From: a virus
Strand: one strand, 5' to 3'
IMG/VR virus record: IMGVR_UViG_3300030099_006995
Location: 2,581 to 66,580 of that record
Length of the DNA stretch: 64,000 nt
The position numbers were made by a program, and so were the translations under genes. The notes beneath the pieces are model-generated. The model did not search any database, was not told the origin of the DNA, and was given only the letters and a program-made list of their open reading frames with translations. Below, one piece after another: positions 27,116 through 37,285 of this stretch (position 1 is the stretch's first letter; every line of letters begins with the position of its first letter).

Positions 27116-27858
27116 TTGGACTTTCCGCTCTTGGTTCTCCTGCTTTTGCTGATTCCGTTGGTGGCGTTAGCGCAACTGCTAACCCAATTGCGCAGAGCAG
27201 CTCGAGCGTCTCAAACCAGGCAGTCCAAATTTTACAGGGACCTTATATCCAATCGGCGGTAACGTCTGGCGTCCAGTGCCAAGGACCGACATTCAATCTG
27301 ACTCCATTTGTGACATACAGCAACTCCTGGCAGCTGCCGTATGAGCCCATGTATTTGGAGCCTGTCTACGACACAATTGATATTGAAGGTGGGCCGCTCG
27401 ACGAGAACGGACTGCCGACCCCTGACGGCATTCCTGACAACGGCTGGGGTTCGGTCGCCTTTCAGAAACCAGTTCGCACGGCTCAGAAAGACAACTACTC
27501 CTGGAACGCTGGCATCAGCGCCACCATCTCCATCCCCCTGGACGGCGGGATTCAGGAGCGCTGCAAGGCAGCCATGACGACGCAGAACCGAATCCAGATG
27601 CAGATTCTGCGCAACAAAGAATTGGATTTTGCGATTGCCAAATTGCGTCATTGCGGGCAGCTCGCCCAGGAAGGAATTCGATACGCCCCGCACAGCCGCT
27701 TCTATCACGTCTGCTCTGACGTGATCATCGAACCAAAACATGTGACGATGACACCGCATGTCCACGAGGTGACGATCACCCCATCAGATCTCGGGCTTGA
27801 CGGAGTACTCGGTTCCTCGAGCGCTGAGCAAGAACCCTCTGCCGAACAGATCGAATAG
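26944..27858 (+). CDS. secreted/outer-membrane protein (start uncertain)
   Basis: Signal-like LSALIGLSALGSPAFA|DSVGGVSATANP; QCQGPT; GISATISIPLD. Confidence 0.65.
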   Translation: MDATQHEQQAHMETNDSRGKFQLRRVIHRPWRIQRDDNRPQGDNKKHHRYHKYLSALIGLSALGSPAFADSVGGVSATANPIAQSSSSVSNQAVQILQGPYIQSAVTSGVQCQGPTFNLTPFVTYSNSWQLPYEPMYLEPVYDTIDIEGGPLDENGLPTPDGIPDNGWGSVAFQKPVRTAQKDNYSWNAGISATISIPLDGGIQERCKAAMTTQNRIQMQILRNKELDFAIAKLRHCGQLAQEGIRYAPHSRFYHVCSDVIIEPKHVTMTPHVHEVTITPSDLGLDGVLGSSSAEQEPSAEQIE

Positions 27859-28522
27859 GCACCGGCTTGCCAAGCATCTTCTTGATCTTGGCAATGATCT
27901 TCTTGATCGCCGGTTTGATCAGCTTCAGAAGCCAGTTGGCAATTGGCTTAGCCAACAGAGCTGACACCGTGGCAACCGTTGCAATTGCTGCAGTGGTTGT
28001 CGCGGCTTCTAGGGGCGGCAGATATTTGCCCCCGATCGTGAACTCCTGGGGCTCAGGCCTGACGATCGTTATGCACTCGCCATCACGGAGGATCTCGTCC
28101 TCTTCACACTGTGGCTTGGTCTTGAAAACACTGCTCTCGGTAGCAGCAGGAATGATCTGTCTGCTCTCGGGCTTCTTGACAGGAGGAGTGAGCGGCTCAG
28201 CCTTTGCCGCTGTATCTCCGAACTTGGGGACTGCAGGGGGGTTGTCTTTCTGCCATAAGTGCGGCTGGTAAGACATCGGGTCAAACGCCGGCATGCCTGC
28301 ATCGCAAAAAATCCGCACCTGAGCCGGATCATTTGTCGTCAGCTCTGTCTGCAGATCGGAGTCAAGATGCGCTTCTACGCATCCAGGGATTTGAACAACA
28401 GGCAATGCCATGCTCACCCCAGGGGGCAGGCTTGGCATCAAAAGCTCACGCCTTACTGGCGGCATATAGATCCCGACATCCGGAATGCTGACTCCAGCAA
28501 CTCCGATATCGGGTATCTGCAT
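27776..28522 (-). CDS. membrane-associated hypothetical protein
   Basis: PGCVEAH, CDAGMPAFDP, TM segment and basic C-terminus. Confidence 0.6.
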   Translation of the reverse strand: MQIPDIGVAGVSIPDVGIYMPPVRRELLMPSLPPGVSMALPVVQIPGCVEAHLDSDLQTELTTNDPAQVRIFCDAGMPAFDPMSYQPHLWQKDNPPAVPKFGDTAAKAEPLTPPVKKPESRQIIPAATESSVFKTKPQCEEDEILRDGECITIVRPEPQEFTIGGKYLPPLEAATTTAAIATVATVSALLAKPIANWLLKLIKPAIKKIIAKIKKMLGKPVPIRSVRQRVLAQRSRNRVLRQARDLMG

Positions 28523-28782
28523 CAGAAGATAGGCAGACCTGATTCGACTGTTGCCGTATCAGGAATCAATTCTTTCTGAGATTCAAGCAGATTGCTTTCA
28601 AGCCCTTTGAGGTCTTTCTGAATGAAGTCGTACTCTTCAGTCAAACGTTCTTCCATCTGCAGACCAATTTCACTCTTCAGGAATTCAAACTTTCCTGCAA
28701 AAGTTTTATAGGCCATAAATACAAGAAAGTTGAGGGCAAGCAAATTGCCCACAACGACTCCTTTGAATATCAGCTTCAACAT
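28522..28782 (-). CDS. small membrane protein
   Basis: N-terminal TM helix. Confidence 0.55.
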   Translation of the reverse strand: MLKLIFKGVVVGNLLALNFLVFMAYKTFAGKFEFLKSEIGLQMEERLTEEYDFIQKDLKGLESNLLESQKELIPDTATVESGLPIF

Positions 28783-30014
28783 CAGACGTTGACTGCATAT
28801 TGGATGACGACCAAGCCGGTACCACCGGCACCCATAGAGCCGTGGGTGTAGTTCTCGCCGGAGTTCTCATTGCGGTCATACCCGCAGCCACCACCACCGC
28901 CAGCACAACCACCATTTCCAGGAACTCCATACTGGGGAGCACCGCCTCCGCCGCCAAGGACACCGCCGTTACCGGCCGTAATCCAGGAATTATTTGTGCT
29001 GCTGCTGTAGCAGGCACTAGATCCACCACCAGCTCCAGGACCGCCGCAACCGCCGTTTATTGAGACCCTGCCGCCACCGTCATGGCATGCAGTAGCACCG
29101 CCTCCGCCTCCGCCTCCTAAAAGGATTTGGTTCGGCATCCAAATTGCACCGCCCTTACCGTCCTCGCCTCCGTCTTTGTCATAGCAGTCGTTGCTATACG
29201 AAGTGGCATGGCCGCCTGCCCCGCCTGCGCCCATGAGGCCGGCGCCGCCGGCGCCGCCGTAAGCATAATTGTTTGACGAGCTTTTAGGCTTATATGATGG
29301 GCCTGCCGTTCCAGCACCGCCACAGCCGTTGTAGTGTACGGCGCCGTCTCCTTCATAGTGAATGGAAGCACCGCTTCCGCAGGAATAACTGGACGTAGGA
29401 ACGCCCCCTTTTTTCCCATCGTGAGCACCAGACGGTGGCGGCGCTGAGGCTCCACCTCCGCCCTCACCATTGCTGGAGCCGATTCCGTTTCCAGGACCAC
29501 CCCTGCCGCCACGCCGGTTCACAATGTTGCCGCCGATTCCAATACCGCCTTGTCCGTAAACTCCTTGTTGTGGATTAGAACTTTCCCCAGTTGAGTTGGG
29601 ATTACCAGGTGGATTGGTAGTCATGTTACCGGAGTTTCCTCCAGTAGCTGAAACAGTCGTAATGCCAGCGCCGGCAAAGGATGAAGTACCTGCCCGGTGA
29701 GTGTATTGAACCCCGGGGTGGCCGACAGTGACGGTGTAACTTTGCCCTGCTACAGGAGTGAACTCGCTAATAGCGAGTCCACCACCGCCACCGCCGTGGG
29801 ATTGGCCACTGCTGCCGCTATTGCCACTGCAACCGCCGCCGCCCCATACAGACACACGCATGGGCACTGAGTCGTTGACATCAGAAGGGCATACCCAGGT
29901 GAAGGTACCGTTTGTAGTCCCCCAACCGCCGCAATTCCCGTTGCCACTCAGTTGGCAGAAAATTTCAATTTTGTTACGTGGACCTGGGTCAGAATACGGA
30001 GTACCGTTTGCCAT
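28782..30014 (-). CDS. glycine-rich tail fibre/adhesin
   Basis: GTFTWVCP, WGGGG..GGGGGG, C-terminal GGTGLVVIQY. Confidence 0.75.
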   Translation of the reverse strand: MANGTPYSDPGPRNKIEIFCQLSGNGNCGGWGTTNGTFTWVCPSDVNDSVPMRVSVWGGGGCSGNSGSSGQSHGGGGGGLAISEFTPVAGQSYTVTVGHPGVQYTHRAGTSSFAGAGITTVSATGGNSGNMTTNPPGNPNSTGESSNPQQGVYGQGGIGIGGNIVNRRGGRGGPGNGIGSSNGEGGGGASAPPPSGAHDGKKGGVPTSSYSCGSGASIHYEGDGAVHYNGCGGAGTAGPSYKPKSSSNNYAYGGAGGAGLMGAGGAGGHATSYSNDCYDKDGGEDGKGGAIWMPNQILLGGGGGGGATACHDGGGRVSINGGCGGPGAGGGSSACYSSSTNNSWITAGNGGVLGGGGGAPQYGVPGNGGCAGGGGGCGYDRNENSGENYTHGSMGAGGTGLVVIQYAVNV

Positions 30015-30040
30015 GATTCGCCCTAATAAGTGTCAGTTAC

Positions 30041-30460
30041 TCAGTTACCAAGAATTGCGTCTGCAGATGATTGACTGATGATTGACGCTGTCACAAAAGC
30101 GGCAATATCAGCCTGACCCCCTGTTGAGGAAACATCTACTTTGCCTGTCTTTTCGAGCATATTCATGAAATCCTCGAAATCTGCATTGGAAGAGCTAGCA
30201 GCGGTGAAGCCTTGACGCTCTGCACGAGTGCAATAGGACAGAAACTCAGATTCAGTCAGAACGCGTGGATCCGCCGGGGCGGTAGTTTCCGAAACAGGTC
30301 GAACGACAAAATCACCATCTTCGTTCTTGTAATAAGAACCATCGACATGGTCCGGAATAGATTCGAACAATGCCGCATAAGTATCTGGGTAGATAATCGT
30401 TGGATCCATTTCGACGATGTCAATAAGAACACCGTCAAGCACGTAACACCACTTAGCCAT
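30041..30460 (-). CDS. putative tail fibre-associated/assembly protein
   Basis: Lies between two Gly-rich fibre genes. Confidence 0.45.
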   Translation of the reverse strand: MAKWCYVLDGVLIDIVEMDPTIIYPDTYAALFESIPDHVDGSYYKNEDGDFVVRPVSETTAPADPRVLTESEFLSYCTRAERQGFTAASSSNADFEDFMNMLEKTGKVDVSSTGGQADIAAFVTASIISQSSADAILGN

Positions 30461-30466
30461 TAGAAA

Positions 30467-31675
30467 TTAGATGGTAATTTTGTACTGAATAAAGATGAGG
30501 CCCGCACCGCCATTTCCTTGCCCGTAAGTCGGGTCTTGGTCATATCCAGCAGCGCCTCCACCGCCCGCATTACCGCCCGTACCCGGGCATCCGTACTGAG
30601 CTGCACCGCCTCCGCCGCCAAGGACGCCGCCGTTACCGGCGACAAGGCGACTGTGGTTTGTGCTGTCTTGGTATGAACTCATGCCGCCACCGCCCGCTCC
30701 GGGGCCACCGCAACCAGCGTTCGCGCCAGCCCTCTCAGAAGAGTGATAGTTAGCAGCGCTGCCGCCTCCTCCACCGCCGCCAAGGAAGATCATGTTGGGC
30801 GCCCAGATGGCAGATCCCTGCCCATCACCAGCGCATTGCGTAGCAATGGCGTTGTTTGAGTAGGAATTGGTTGAAGCACCTTTACCGCCTGAGCCATCCA
30901 GTCCTGCACCACCGGCACCGCCGTAGCTGTAGTTGCTGCCTTGGTCTTGACCAGACGTGCCAAGTCCAGCAGTGCCGGCACCGCCAACACTGCGATAGCT
31001 AGAACGGGGTTTAGTTCCTGGGTAGTGAATGGAAGCACCACTGCCTCCTGCATAGTTGCTGTACCAACCACCGGTATGACCATCACGCTGCCCAGAAGGA
31101 GCAGGTGCAGACCCACCGCCACCACCACCGCCAGAATTGCTGCTGTTATTGCCTTGTCCACCCTTGCCACCACGACGGTTGACAACGTTGCCGCCGTAAC
31201 CGACACCACCTTGCCCGTAAGCGCTGCCTTGTGGATTAGAACTTTCCCCGGTTGAGTTGGGGTTGCCCGGCGGGTTGGCTTGCGATGTTCCAGATCTTCC
31301 GCCGTAGGCACCAAACGTCGTAATACTGGGGCCTGCGAAGGTTGAAGTTCCTCCAACCCCGTTGTAGGAATTACTCCCCTGGCCAATTGTGATGGTGTAG
31401 CCAGTGCTCGCCGCGAGAATCAACTCGCTAATTGCAAGGCCCCCGCCACCGCCGCCGTGACAATTACCGCTGCCGCCGCTATTACCACCACAGCCGCCTG
31501 CACCCCAGATATAAATTCTGGCGGCTACCGATTCATCAAAGCTGCTTGGGGTTGTCCAGGTGAAAGTGCCTGGAGATGCCCACATCTCGCACTGGTTGTA
31601 CTTGCCAACGGCAGCACCACCGCCGCCACCGCTTGCGCTTCCGCCTCCGCCACCTGAAGGAAATCGTCTCGCCAT
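30467..31675 (-). CDS. glycine-rich tail fibre/adhesin (paralogue of 28782..30014)
   Basis: Same architecture; identical NPPGNPNSTGESSNPQ. Confidence 0.75.
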   Translation of the reverse strand: MARRFPSGGGGGSASGGGGGAAVGKYNQCEMWASPGTFTWTTPSSFDESVAARIYIWGAGGCGGNSGGSGNCHGGGGGGLAISELILAASTGYTITIGQGSNSYNGVGGTSTFAGPSITTFGAYGGRSGTSQANPPGNPNSTGESSNPQGSAYGQGGVGYGGNVVNRRGGKGGQGNNSSNSGGGGGGGSAPAPSGQRDGHTGGWYSNYAGGSGASIHYPGTKPRSSYRSVGGAGTAGLGTSGQDQGSNYSYGGAGGAGLDGSGGKGASTNSYSNNAIATQCAGDGQGSAIWAPNMIFLGGGGGGGSAANYHSSERAGANAGCGGPGAGGGGMSSYQDSTNHSRLVAGNGGVLGGGGGAAQYGCPGTGGNAGGGGAAGYDQDPTYGQGNGGAGLIFIQYKITI

Positions 31676-31703
31676 AATGCGCCTCTTTCAGTTGGTACCT
31701 AAA

Positions 31704-32039
31704 TCAAGACTCGAGGCCGTAGGCCACGAATGAAAGGCTTCCAGCGCCAGAGCCAACAATCAATCGTGCACCTGATTCAAGAGTCAGGCCAGTGCGCTCA
31801 TACGCTGTATTAGCGCCGAGAGAGAAGTCGTACTCGATGTAATACTCAGTTGCGATTGCACCAGATGTCGCAGAAACGGATGCCGGGACAACCGCAATGC
31901 GGACCGTGTCAGCTGCTGCAGACTGGTTGCAGATCGACAGAATCAGAGTCGTGGTGGCCGTTGCGGTCACCAGTGCAGTGGATCCGTAGTTCGGAGCGCC
32001 ACCACTGGGCTTTGACGCCCCCTTAATACCCGAAGCCAT
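31704..32039 (-). CDS. putative virion structural protein
   Basis: ICNQ...RIAV...YYIEYD...ERTGLTL. Confidence 0.6.
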   Translation of the reverse strand: MASGIKGASKPSGGAPNYGSTALVTATATTTLILSICNQSAAADTVRIAVVPASVSATSGAIATEYYIEYDFSLGANTAYERTGLTLESGARLIVGSGAGSLSFVAYGLES

Positions 32040-32259
32040 GAAGAATAAGCAATCTGTCGGGCAGATTGTCTGCCGCTTCTCTTAAGTATAAAGTTTCCTA
32101 CGTGATCTCGTTCTCTCGTTCTACGTGACTTCGTAGATCAACCCTTGATTCGATACGTTGCTGCGGGCTCTGCCGGTTAACAGGATTGGCACGTTTTGCC
32201 TTTGCTTTTAGCTTGCTTAGTTGACGTGCTTTTAATGCCGCAGCTCGACGAAACATGGA

Positions 32260-33285
32260 TCAAGCTTGACCAACAAAGAATGCGTAGTGGCGGTCTGCAG
32301 CGGAAGAAGTGTATGAACCTGCAATCAGACGAGTCCATTCAGCTGACTCTGGGGACGTACCAGGATCAGCGCTTGCATGGGATGTGTGATCAGACAGCGA
32401 AATATAGTGATTCAGATTGGGAGCAGTACCTGTCTGTACCAGGTCTCCCTTGAAATAAGCAGTGTTCTGAGCGTAAGCACCGCGATTGAAAGATCCAGCT
32501 GCGATCCGCTCCCAGTTACTGGAAAGATCGGTCAGGAAATTTGAAGCATGTGCCGTATGGTTTGTCGTGGATCGATAAACCTGGCCAAGATAAGTGACGG
32601 AATCGTCAACCTCATAGGCAGTACCACCAGTCCAAGCACCACGGTGCTTGAAGCCACGAATCAGAACCTCCCAGTTTGTCGTGTCCGCTGGGCTTGGAGC
32701 ATTACCAGTGTTATTGGTCTTCGCCCGATAGACACCGCCGCCCTGGACGACAACTTCATCTACTTCATAAGCAGTGGAGCTATCCCAATCAGACTTCCAG
32801 CGGAATCCACCAACAACGACTTCCCAGTAAGAAGTGTCTGGAGGCTGTTGGTTGGTGTTATTGGCGGTAGCTCGGTAGACGCTGCCACCATGGACAACAC
32901 TGTCGTCGACCTTATATGCAGTCGAAGAACTCCACTCTCCAAGGTGCTTATAGCCGCCAAGGAACTTCTCCCAATAGCTGCTATTAGGCGGTTCCTGTCC
33001 AGTTCCTCCGGCAGTCGCGCGCCAAACAGCGCCACCATGCAGGACAATATCGTTGACGGCATAAGCAGTTGTATTGCTCCAATTGCCACGGGACTTAAGC
33101 CCGTTGACCATCAACGCCCAATACGACGTGTTGGTGGGGTCATTGCCTTGCTCCGCAGTGACATTGATATAGGCGTAAACGTTGCCACCAAAGACAACGA
33201 CGTCGTTGTATTCGTAAGTTGTGGAGGCGCTGTAATCGTTCCGGAATTGGAAACGGAGCTTACCAAGATCAATAATGGTGCTCAT
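32260..33285 (-). CDS. virion protein with about 7 CBM5/12-like (chitin-binding type) repeats
   Basis: Repeated W-x3-TAY-x-V-x-D-x-V-x2-GG-x-V-Y/W-RA...P-x4-W. Confidence 0.75.
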   Translation of the reverse strand: MSTIIDLGKLRFQFRNDYSASTTYEYNDVVVFGGNVYAYINVTAEQGNDPTNTSYWALMVNGLKSRGNWSNTTAYAVNDIVLHGGAVWRATAGGTGQEPPNSSYWEKFLGGYKHLGEWSSSTAYKVDDSVVHGGSVYRATANNTNQQPPDTSYWEVVVGGFRWKSDWDSSTAYEVDEVVVQGGGVYRAKTNNTGNAPSPADTTNWEVLIRGFKHRGAWTGGTAYEVDDSVTYLGQVYRSTTNHTAHASNFLTDLSSNWERIAAGSFNRGAYAQNTAYFKGDLVQTGTAPNLNHYISLSDHTSHASADPGTSPESAEWTRLIAGSYTSSAADRHYAFFVGQA

Positions 33286-33548
33286 ACGATCTCACAATTC
33301 AGGTGTCCGGGATTTGTTGTAGACCAGCTGAAGTTAATTAACTTGTCAGACCACAGAACGGCCTGCGGGTCTTCAATTTTGATTATAGAAAGGTCAGCCA
33401 TTACAACCTCGGAGCCGCCAGCATTTCTAATGACGTCTAGGGCTCCAGTTGCGACGTTGAGCTTGAAAGAGTAAGAGACTCGTCCTCCAGGCTGCGGGAA
33501 TTCGTCAACCCCTGGCTGAAGGACCTCTTTGATCAATTGAATAGACAT
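33282..33548 (-). CDS. putative structural protein
   Basis: Overlapping stop/start codons within the structural operon. Confidence 0.55.
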   Translation of the reverse strand: MSIQLIKEVLQPGVDEFPQPGGRVSYSFKLNVATGALDVIRNAGGSEVVMADLSIIKIEDPQAVLWSDKLINFSWSTTNPGHLNCEIV

Positions 33549-33895
33549 TAGACGTCTTCGTAGATCGAAAGCCAAACAACAAACGTGTCTGTTGAACCGC
33601 CGTCAACAGTTGGCGCATCTGACTTCACAGCGTCTGCGGCCTCGAGGACCATTTTCTCCATGCCAGTCAGTCGCTTCTGCTCACCAGCAGCAATTCGCAA
33701 TTCCTTTGCGATGAAGTAATCAGTACCCCCAGAACTGATGAATATGTCGCAGGGAAGTTCGTAGTCCGAAATGTTTGAGACAGTTAGCCCAGTAATTACG
33801 GAGGTCTTAGAAGCAGGAACGGTGTACACCGTCTCTGCAGAGGGGGCAGAGGAAGGACTACCGACTAATGCTTTGAATCTTTTAAATGTCGCCAT
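33548..33895 (-). CDS. putative structural protein
   Basis: VYTVPA...GLTVSN...KMVLEAAD. Confidence 0.6.
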   Translation of the reverse strand: MATFKRFKALVGSPSSAPSAETVYTVPASKTSVITGLTVSNISDYELPCDIFISSGGTDYFIAKELRIAAGEQKRLTGMEKMVLEAADAVKSDAPTVDGGSTDTFVVWLSIYEDV

Positions 33896-34404
33896 TAACC
33901 AAAAGCAAGAATATCGGTAACAGTCAACGGCGACTGATCCGCAATTGTGACCCAGGCATTTGTGGTATCACCTACATACATGCTAAACACCTGCGTTGTA
34001 GGGGCAAACCAGATATCACCCGAATTCACACCAGTCGTAGGCTGCGCATCCTGAATAAAAAACTGTAGTTGGCACGGCACCCACTGAGCAGTGGCTGCAA
34101 GATATACCTTGAGGAAATGCTCGTTTGTGTCGTACCAGGTGCTGCCGTTTTGAGGGGTCGCTGGCGCAGTAGCCGAGACTGTCGTGGCACCTGCTGCGCT
34201 TGCGCCCCCGCCGACAGAAATCCAAGCCGTTCCGTCATACAACTGCATCTCATTAGATGCAGTGTTGTAGAACAAGTCGCCGTCAACGGCACTTCCTGTC
34301 GGAGGAGAAGTGCCACGACTTATGTTGCCACCACCGACGACGCGGTCAAATGACGGCATCTCCTGTGGATAGCCGTTAATAATGACAAGCGGATTTCTAT
34401 TCAT
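33895..34404 (-). CDS. tail fibre-like protein
   Basis: Repeated P...GDLFYN/GSTWYD/GDIWF fibre modules. Confidence 0.65.
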   Translation of the reverse strand: MNRNPLVIINGYPQEMPSFDRVVGGGNISRGTSPPTGSAVDGDLFYNTASNEMQLYDGTAWISVGGGASAAGATTVSATAPATPQNGSTWYDTNEHFLKVYLAATAQWVPCQLQFFIQDAQPTTGVNSGDIWFAPTTQVFSMYVGDTTNAWVTIADQSPLTVTDILAFG

Positions 34405-34997
34405 TACGGCCTAAAAAATGGTGAACGTGGCTGAACGTCAAAAGTCGTGGCCGAAAGCGCTTGCCCAATCAGTACGCTGTACACGCCGCCACTGCCTGGG
34501 GCGGTTTCGGTGTAGCTGCCAGCCGTATCTAAGAAGTAATCAAACCCAGGATTGAGACCTGAAAGACCGTCAAGCAATCCCCGAACAACAATTGTCACAG
34601 GGTTGTCAGCTGCGATCGATTCTTCAGCAAGCCCGATCACATTGGCTGCATCAAAGCTGGTGGTGTTTCCAGCTTTGTAGACCTTGCCATCAGATTTCTT
34701 GATATAGACAGCGTCGCCCTTAACTACAGATTCACCGCAAGTCATAGACAACGAAATCGACGTTTCGTCGGCATGGGTATGCGCTCCTCCGCCTCCGCCG
34801 CCACCACCGCTGGCAATTGCAGTCTTAAGGTCAATCAAAGCCTGGATAATTCCAGCCGTATTGGATGGATAAGAACTCACCGCGCCCCCTGAAGCTTCAA
34901 TGCACGCAATGATTGCGGCAATGATGCCTGATGTGTTTTCTGCAAATCTTCCTCCGCGCAGAGGTGTTACTGACGGATTAAGAGGCTCAGTTGTCAC
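34404..34997 (-). CDS. putative structural protein
   Basis: GDAVYI...VYKA...VIGLA...GLNPG..YFL. Confidence 0.6.
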   Translation of the reverse strand: MTTEPLNPSVTPLRGGRFAENTSGIIAAIIACIEASGGAVSSYPSNTAGIIQALIDLKTAIASGGGGGGGGAHTHADETSISLSMTCGESVVKGDAVYIKKSDGKVYKAGNTTSFDAANVIGLAEESIAADNPVTIVVRGLLDGLSGLNPGFDYFLDTAGSYTETAPGSGGVYSVLIGQALSATTFDVQPRSPFFRP

Positions 34998-35034
34998 AGT
35001 TAATATGCTGCCTCCAGCATCATTCTATTGAGAG

Positions 35035-36483
35035 CTACCGCACGATTTTTGGCAGATCAGGAGCATCAAGCTCGAGAAAGGACAAGATCGGGTAGTCAAC
35101 TCCAGCTTTGGGGACAAAGGCTTGAAACTGCTGTGTTGATTGGTTGAAACACTTGAGGTTCTGACTACCTCGTTGGAGCCACCAGTCATTGTTTCTGCAC
35201 CAACTAGGATTCGGCTCTTCGCGGTCATGCCACAGCATTGGACCTCCGAATGGCCTTATGTTTTCTCGGACATCTCCACCAGGGAAACACACGAGTCCTA
35301 CTGATTCCGCAATCGACAAAATAAATCGATCCCAACTAAGTCTCTTATTTCTGAAGTACATCAAGAACTCATTCGGATCCATTGCCCTCTCGTAAGAGGT
35401 CATAAACTCCAACAGATCGCGCTCGGCCGCTGTGGGATAGTCGTCCGGCTCAAGCCAGGGCACCCCACAAGCCCATCTCTGAGCATGAATATGCTTGCAA
35501 TCTCTACGTTCATCGCGTCTATTCGCAAGCGATCTCCATTGCCGGTAGTAACCGACACCTTGGCTTTCCCAAGCGTTAATGACGCTTCTGTTGGCGTTAG
35601 GTAAAGGGAATGTATCTAGGGTGGCGCCTTTCCTATCTACATAATCCAGGTTTGCTACAGCACCACCAAGGTGGTCTGGACAGCAACAAAAGAAAGAGTG
35701 CGACGAACACAGATACCTTGTTCCGTCATCCTTAAAGGTATAGGTAGGAATTTCTGGATCGTCGGGATCATATGGCTCACGCTTCCAATACACTCTCTTG
35801 TTTCGTTCAACCCTGCGATGCGGCCTGGATAAGTCAAAAGTCAGCGTCATCGAGCCGGTACTGACGCCAATCAAGGTCAGCGCGACACTCCCGACATCTT
35901 TTTCGACTAGATCATCAGGAAAGTTAGGGCCAGTAGCTGAGTCCTCGAATTGATCACCAATACAAACGTTGTAAATGGCTAGCTGACTGGCGTTGTAAAT
36001 CCCACTGACGTCGTAGACAAGAGTGTGGTTGGCAGGGTCCGGATCAGTTTGATTAAGGGTTATCCGAGAAGACTCGATGGGATTAGGCAGCAGAAAGCTG
36101 CCTCTCACACGGGTTGCCACGAACCAAGCATTTTCCGAGCTAGTTGAACTCGGAAAGATTGTCACAACCTCTCGACTACCACGCGAATTGATCTCATCAC
36201 TGAAGTTGGCAAGGTTGTTGAGAAATCTGGCATTGATATTCAGCTGCTGATCAGCCCAGCTTCTGCCCTTGCCGAAGTAATACTCCTGACCAAGCTTCCA
36301 CCGCTTGTAATCAGATTCACGGTTATACGCTTCGACAATTGTTGGAAACTGGACGCCTCCGTACTCGCCGGCACCGGTTGTCGCATCGGGATAGATGCCT
36401 TTGGCCTTGGGTTTTATACCTCTGTTAATAGGAGGCAGGCCAAGGCCACGGCCAGGGTTACTGCCTAGTCCTTTCTTGGCCAC
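35035..36483 (-). CDS. hypothetical protein with SWIM-like Zn finger
   Basis: FFCCCPDH ... DCKHIHA. Confidence 0.6.
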   Translation of the reverse strand: MAKKGLGSNPGRGLGLPPINRGIKPKAKGIYPDATTGAGEYGGVQFPTIVEAYNRESDYKRWKLGQEYYFGKGRSWADQQLNINARFLNNLANFSDEINSRGSREVVTIFPSSTSSENAWFVATRVRGSFLLPNPIESSRITLNQTDPDPANHTLVYDVSGIYNASQLAIYNVCIGDQFEDSATGPNFPDDLVEKDVGSVALTLIGVSTGSMTLTFDLSRPHRRVERNKRVYWKREPYDPDDPEIPTYTFKDDGTRYLCSSHSFFCCCPDHLGGAVANLDYVDRKGATLDTFPLPNANRSVINAWESQGVGYYRQWRSLANRRDERRDCKHIHAQRWACGVPWLEPDDYPTAAERDLLEFMTSYERAMDPNEFLMYFRNKRLSWDRFILSIAESVGLVCFPGGDVRENIRPFGGPMLWHDREEPNPSWCRNNDWWLQRGSQNLKCFNQSTQQFQAFVPKAGVDYPILSFLELDAPDLPKIVR

Positions 36484-36494
36484 GAATTAAAACT

Positions 36495-37283
36495 CTAGAA
36501 ACGAGTTGCGTAATAGGAGCCCGTACCTTGCTGTACAGCTCGCTTGCTTGCATCTGCAGCGGCGCCCATTGTGTTGGACGAACCAGACAGCTGTTCAACG
36601 ACTGGACCCTTCCGATTTAGGACGCTATCCGTCAAACCACCTTGGGCTCGCAAAATCTCGGCGACCTTGCCAATGTCTGATTTGTCAGAGCTGTAGCCAG
36701 TTCTGCCAGACGTGAGACTGCCCTGCATGTTGCCGCTTTGATTGGCGCCACCTGAAGTCGACCCACTGCGCACCGCACGCAGTTGCTGGCCTACAGCTTC
36801 TTCGCGATACCGGTCTGCTTCGGCCTGGAACTGATCAGCACGGGCACTTGCTTCGGTGAACTGCCGCTCGAGGTCGTCAGCTACATCCTGCACGCGTTCA
36901 GTCTCTTTAACCTGATCTTGGTATTGGCCCAGTGCAATGTTGTACTGATTGGTGAGATCACCAACCTGATTCACATAGTTATTGATTGAGTTATTCAGGT
37001 TTGAAATCTGACTTGTATACCCACCAATTTCACCTTCAAGATTTCGAATTCTGCTCTCGTAACCACTAGCAGCATCTTCAGCACGACGGTTGGATTGCGC
37101 GTCAGAGGCTAGGCCTGCGGCAACCATGTCTTGGGCACGAGTGCCGACACGACGGCCGGCAATCGCATTCTGAATTTCCTGGTTTGTGTAACCCGCCGCA
37201 ATAGCGTCGTTGTAAGAGTGACGACCAAAGCCTAGCTTGTCATCATTCCAGGTCCGTGCAAACTGCTGCCAAATACCAGACAT
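36495..37283 (-). CDS. coiled-coil protein, putative internal virion protein
   Basis: Central coiled coil; C-terminus shared with the adjacent gene. Confidence 0.6.
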   Translation of the reverse strand: MSGIWQQFARTWNDDKLGFGRHSYNDAIAAGYTNQEIQNAIAGRRVGTRAQDMVAAGLASDAQSNRRAEDAASGYESRIRNLEGEIGGYTSQISNLNNSINNYVNQVGDLTNQYNIALGQYQDQVKETERVQDVADDLERQFTEASARADQFQAEADRYREEAVGQQLRAVRSGSTSGGANQSGNMQGSLTSGRTGYSSDKSDIGKVAEILRAQGGLTDSVLNRKGPVVEQLSGSSNTMGAAADASKRAVQQGTGSYYATRF

Positions 37284-37285
37284 TG

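Noticed and set aside
28782-31675. Diversity-generating retroelement TR/VR pair
   Set aside because: No reverse transcriptase, and the differences are synonymous rather than adenine-specific
32548-33474. 308-aa plus-strand ORF and other long antisense ORFs
   Set aside because: Shadows of well-supported genes on the opposite strand
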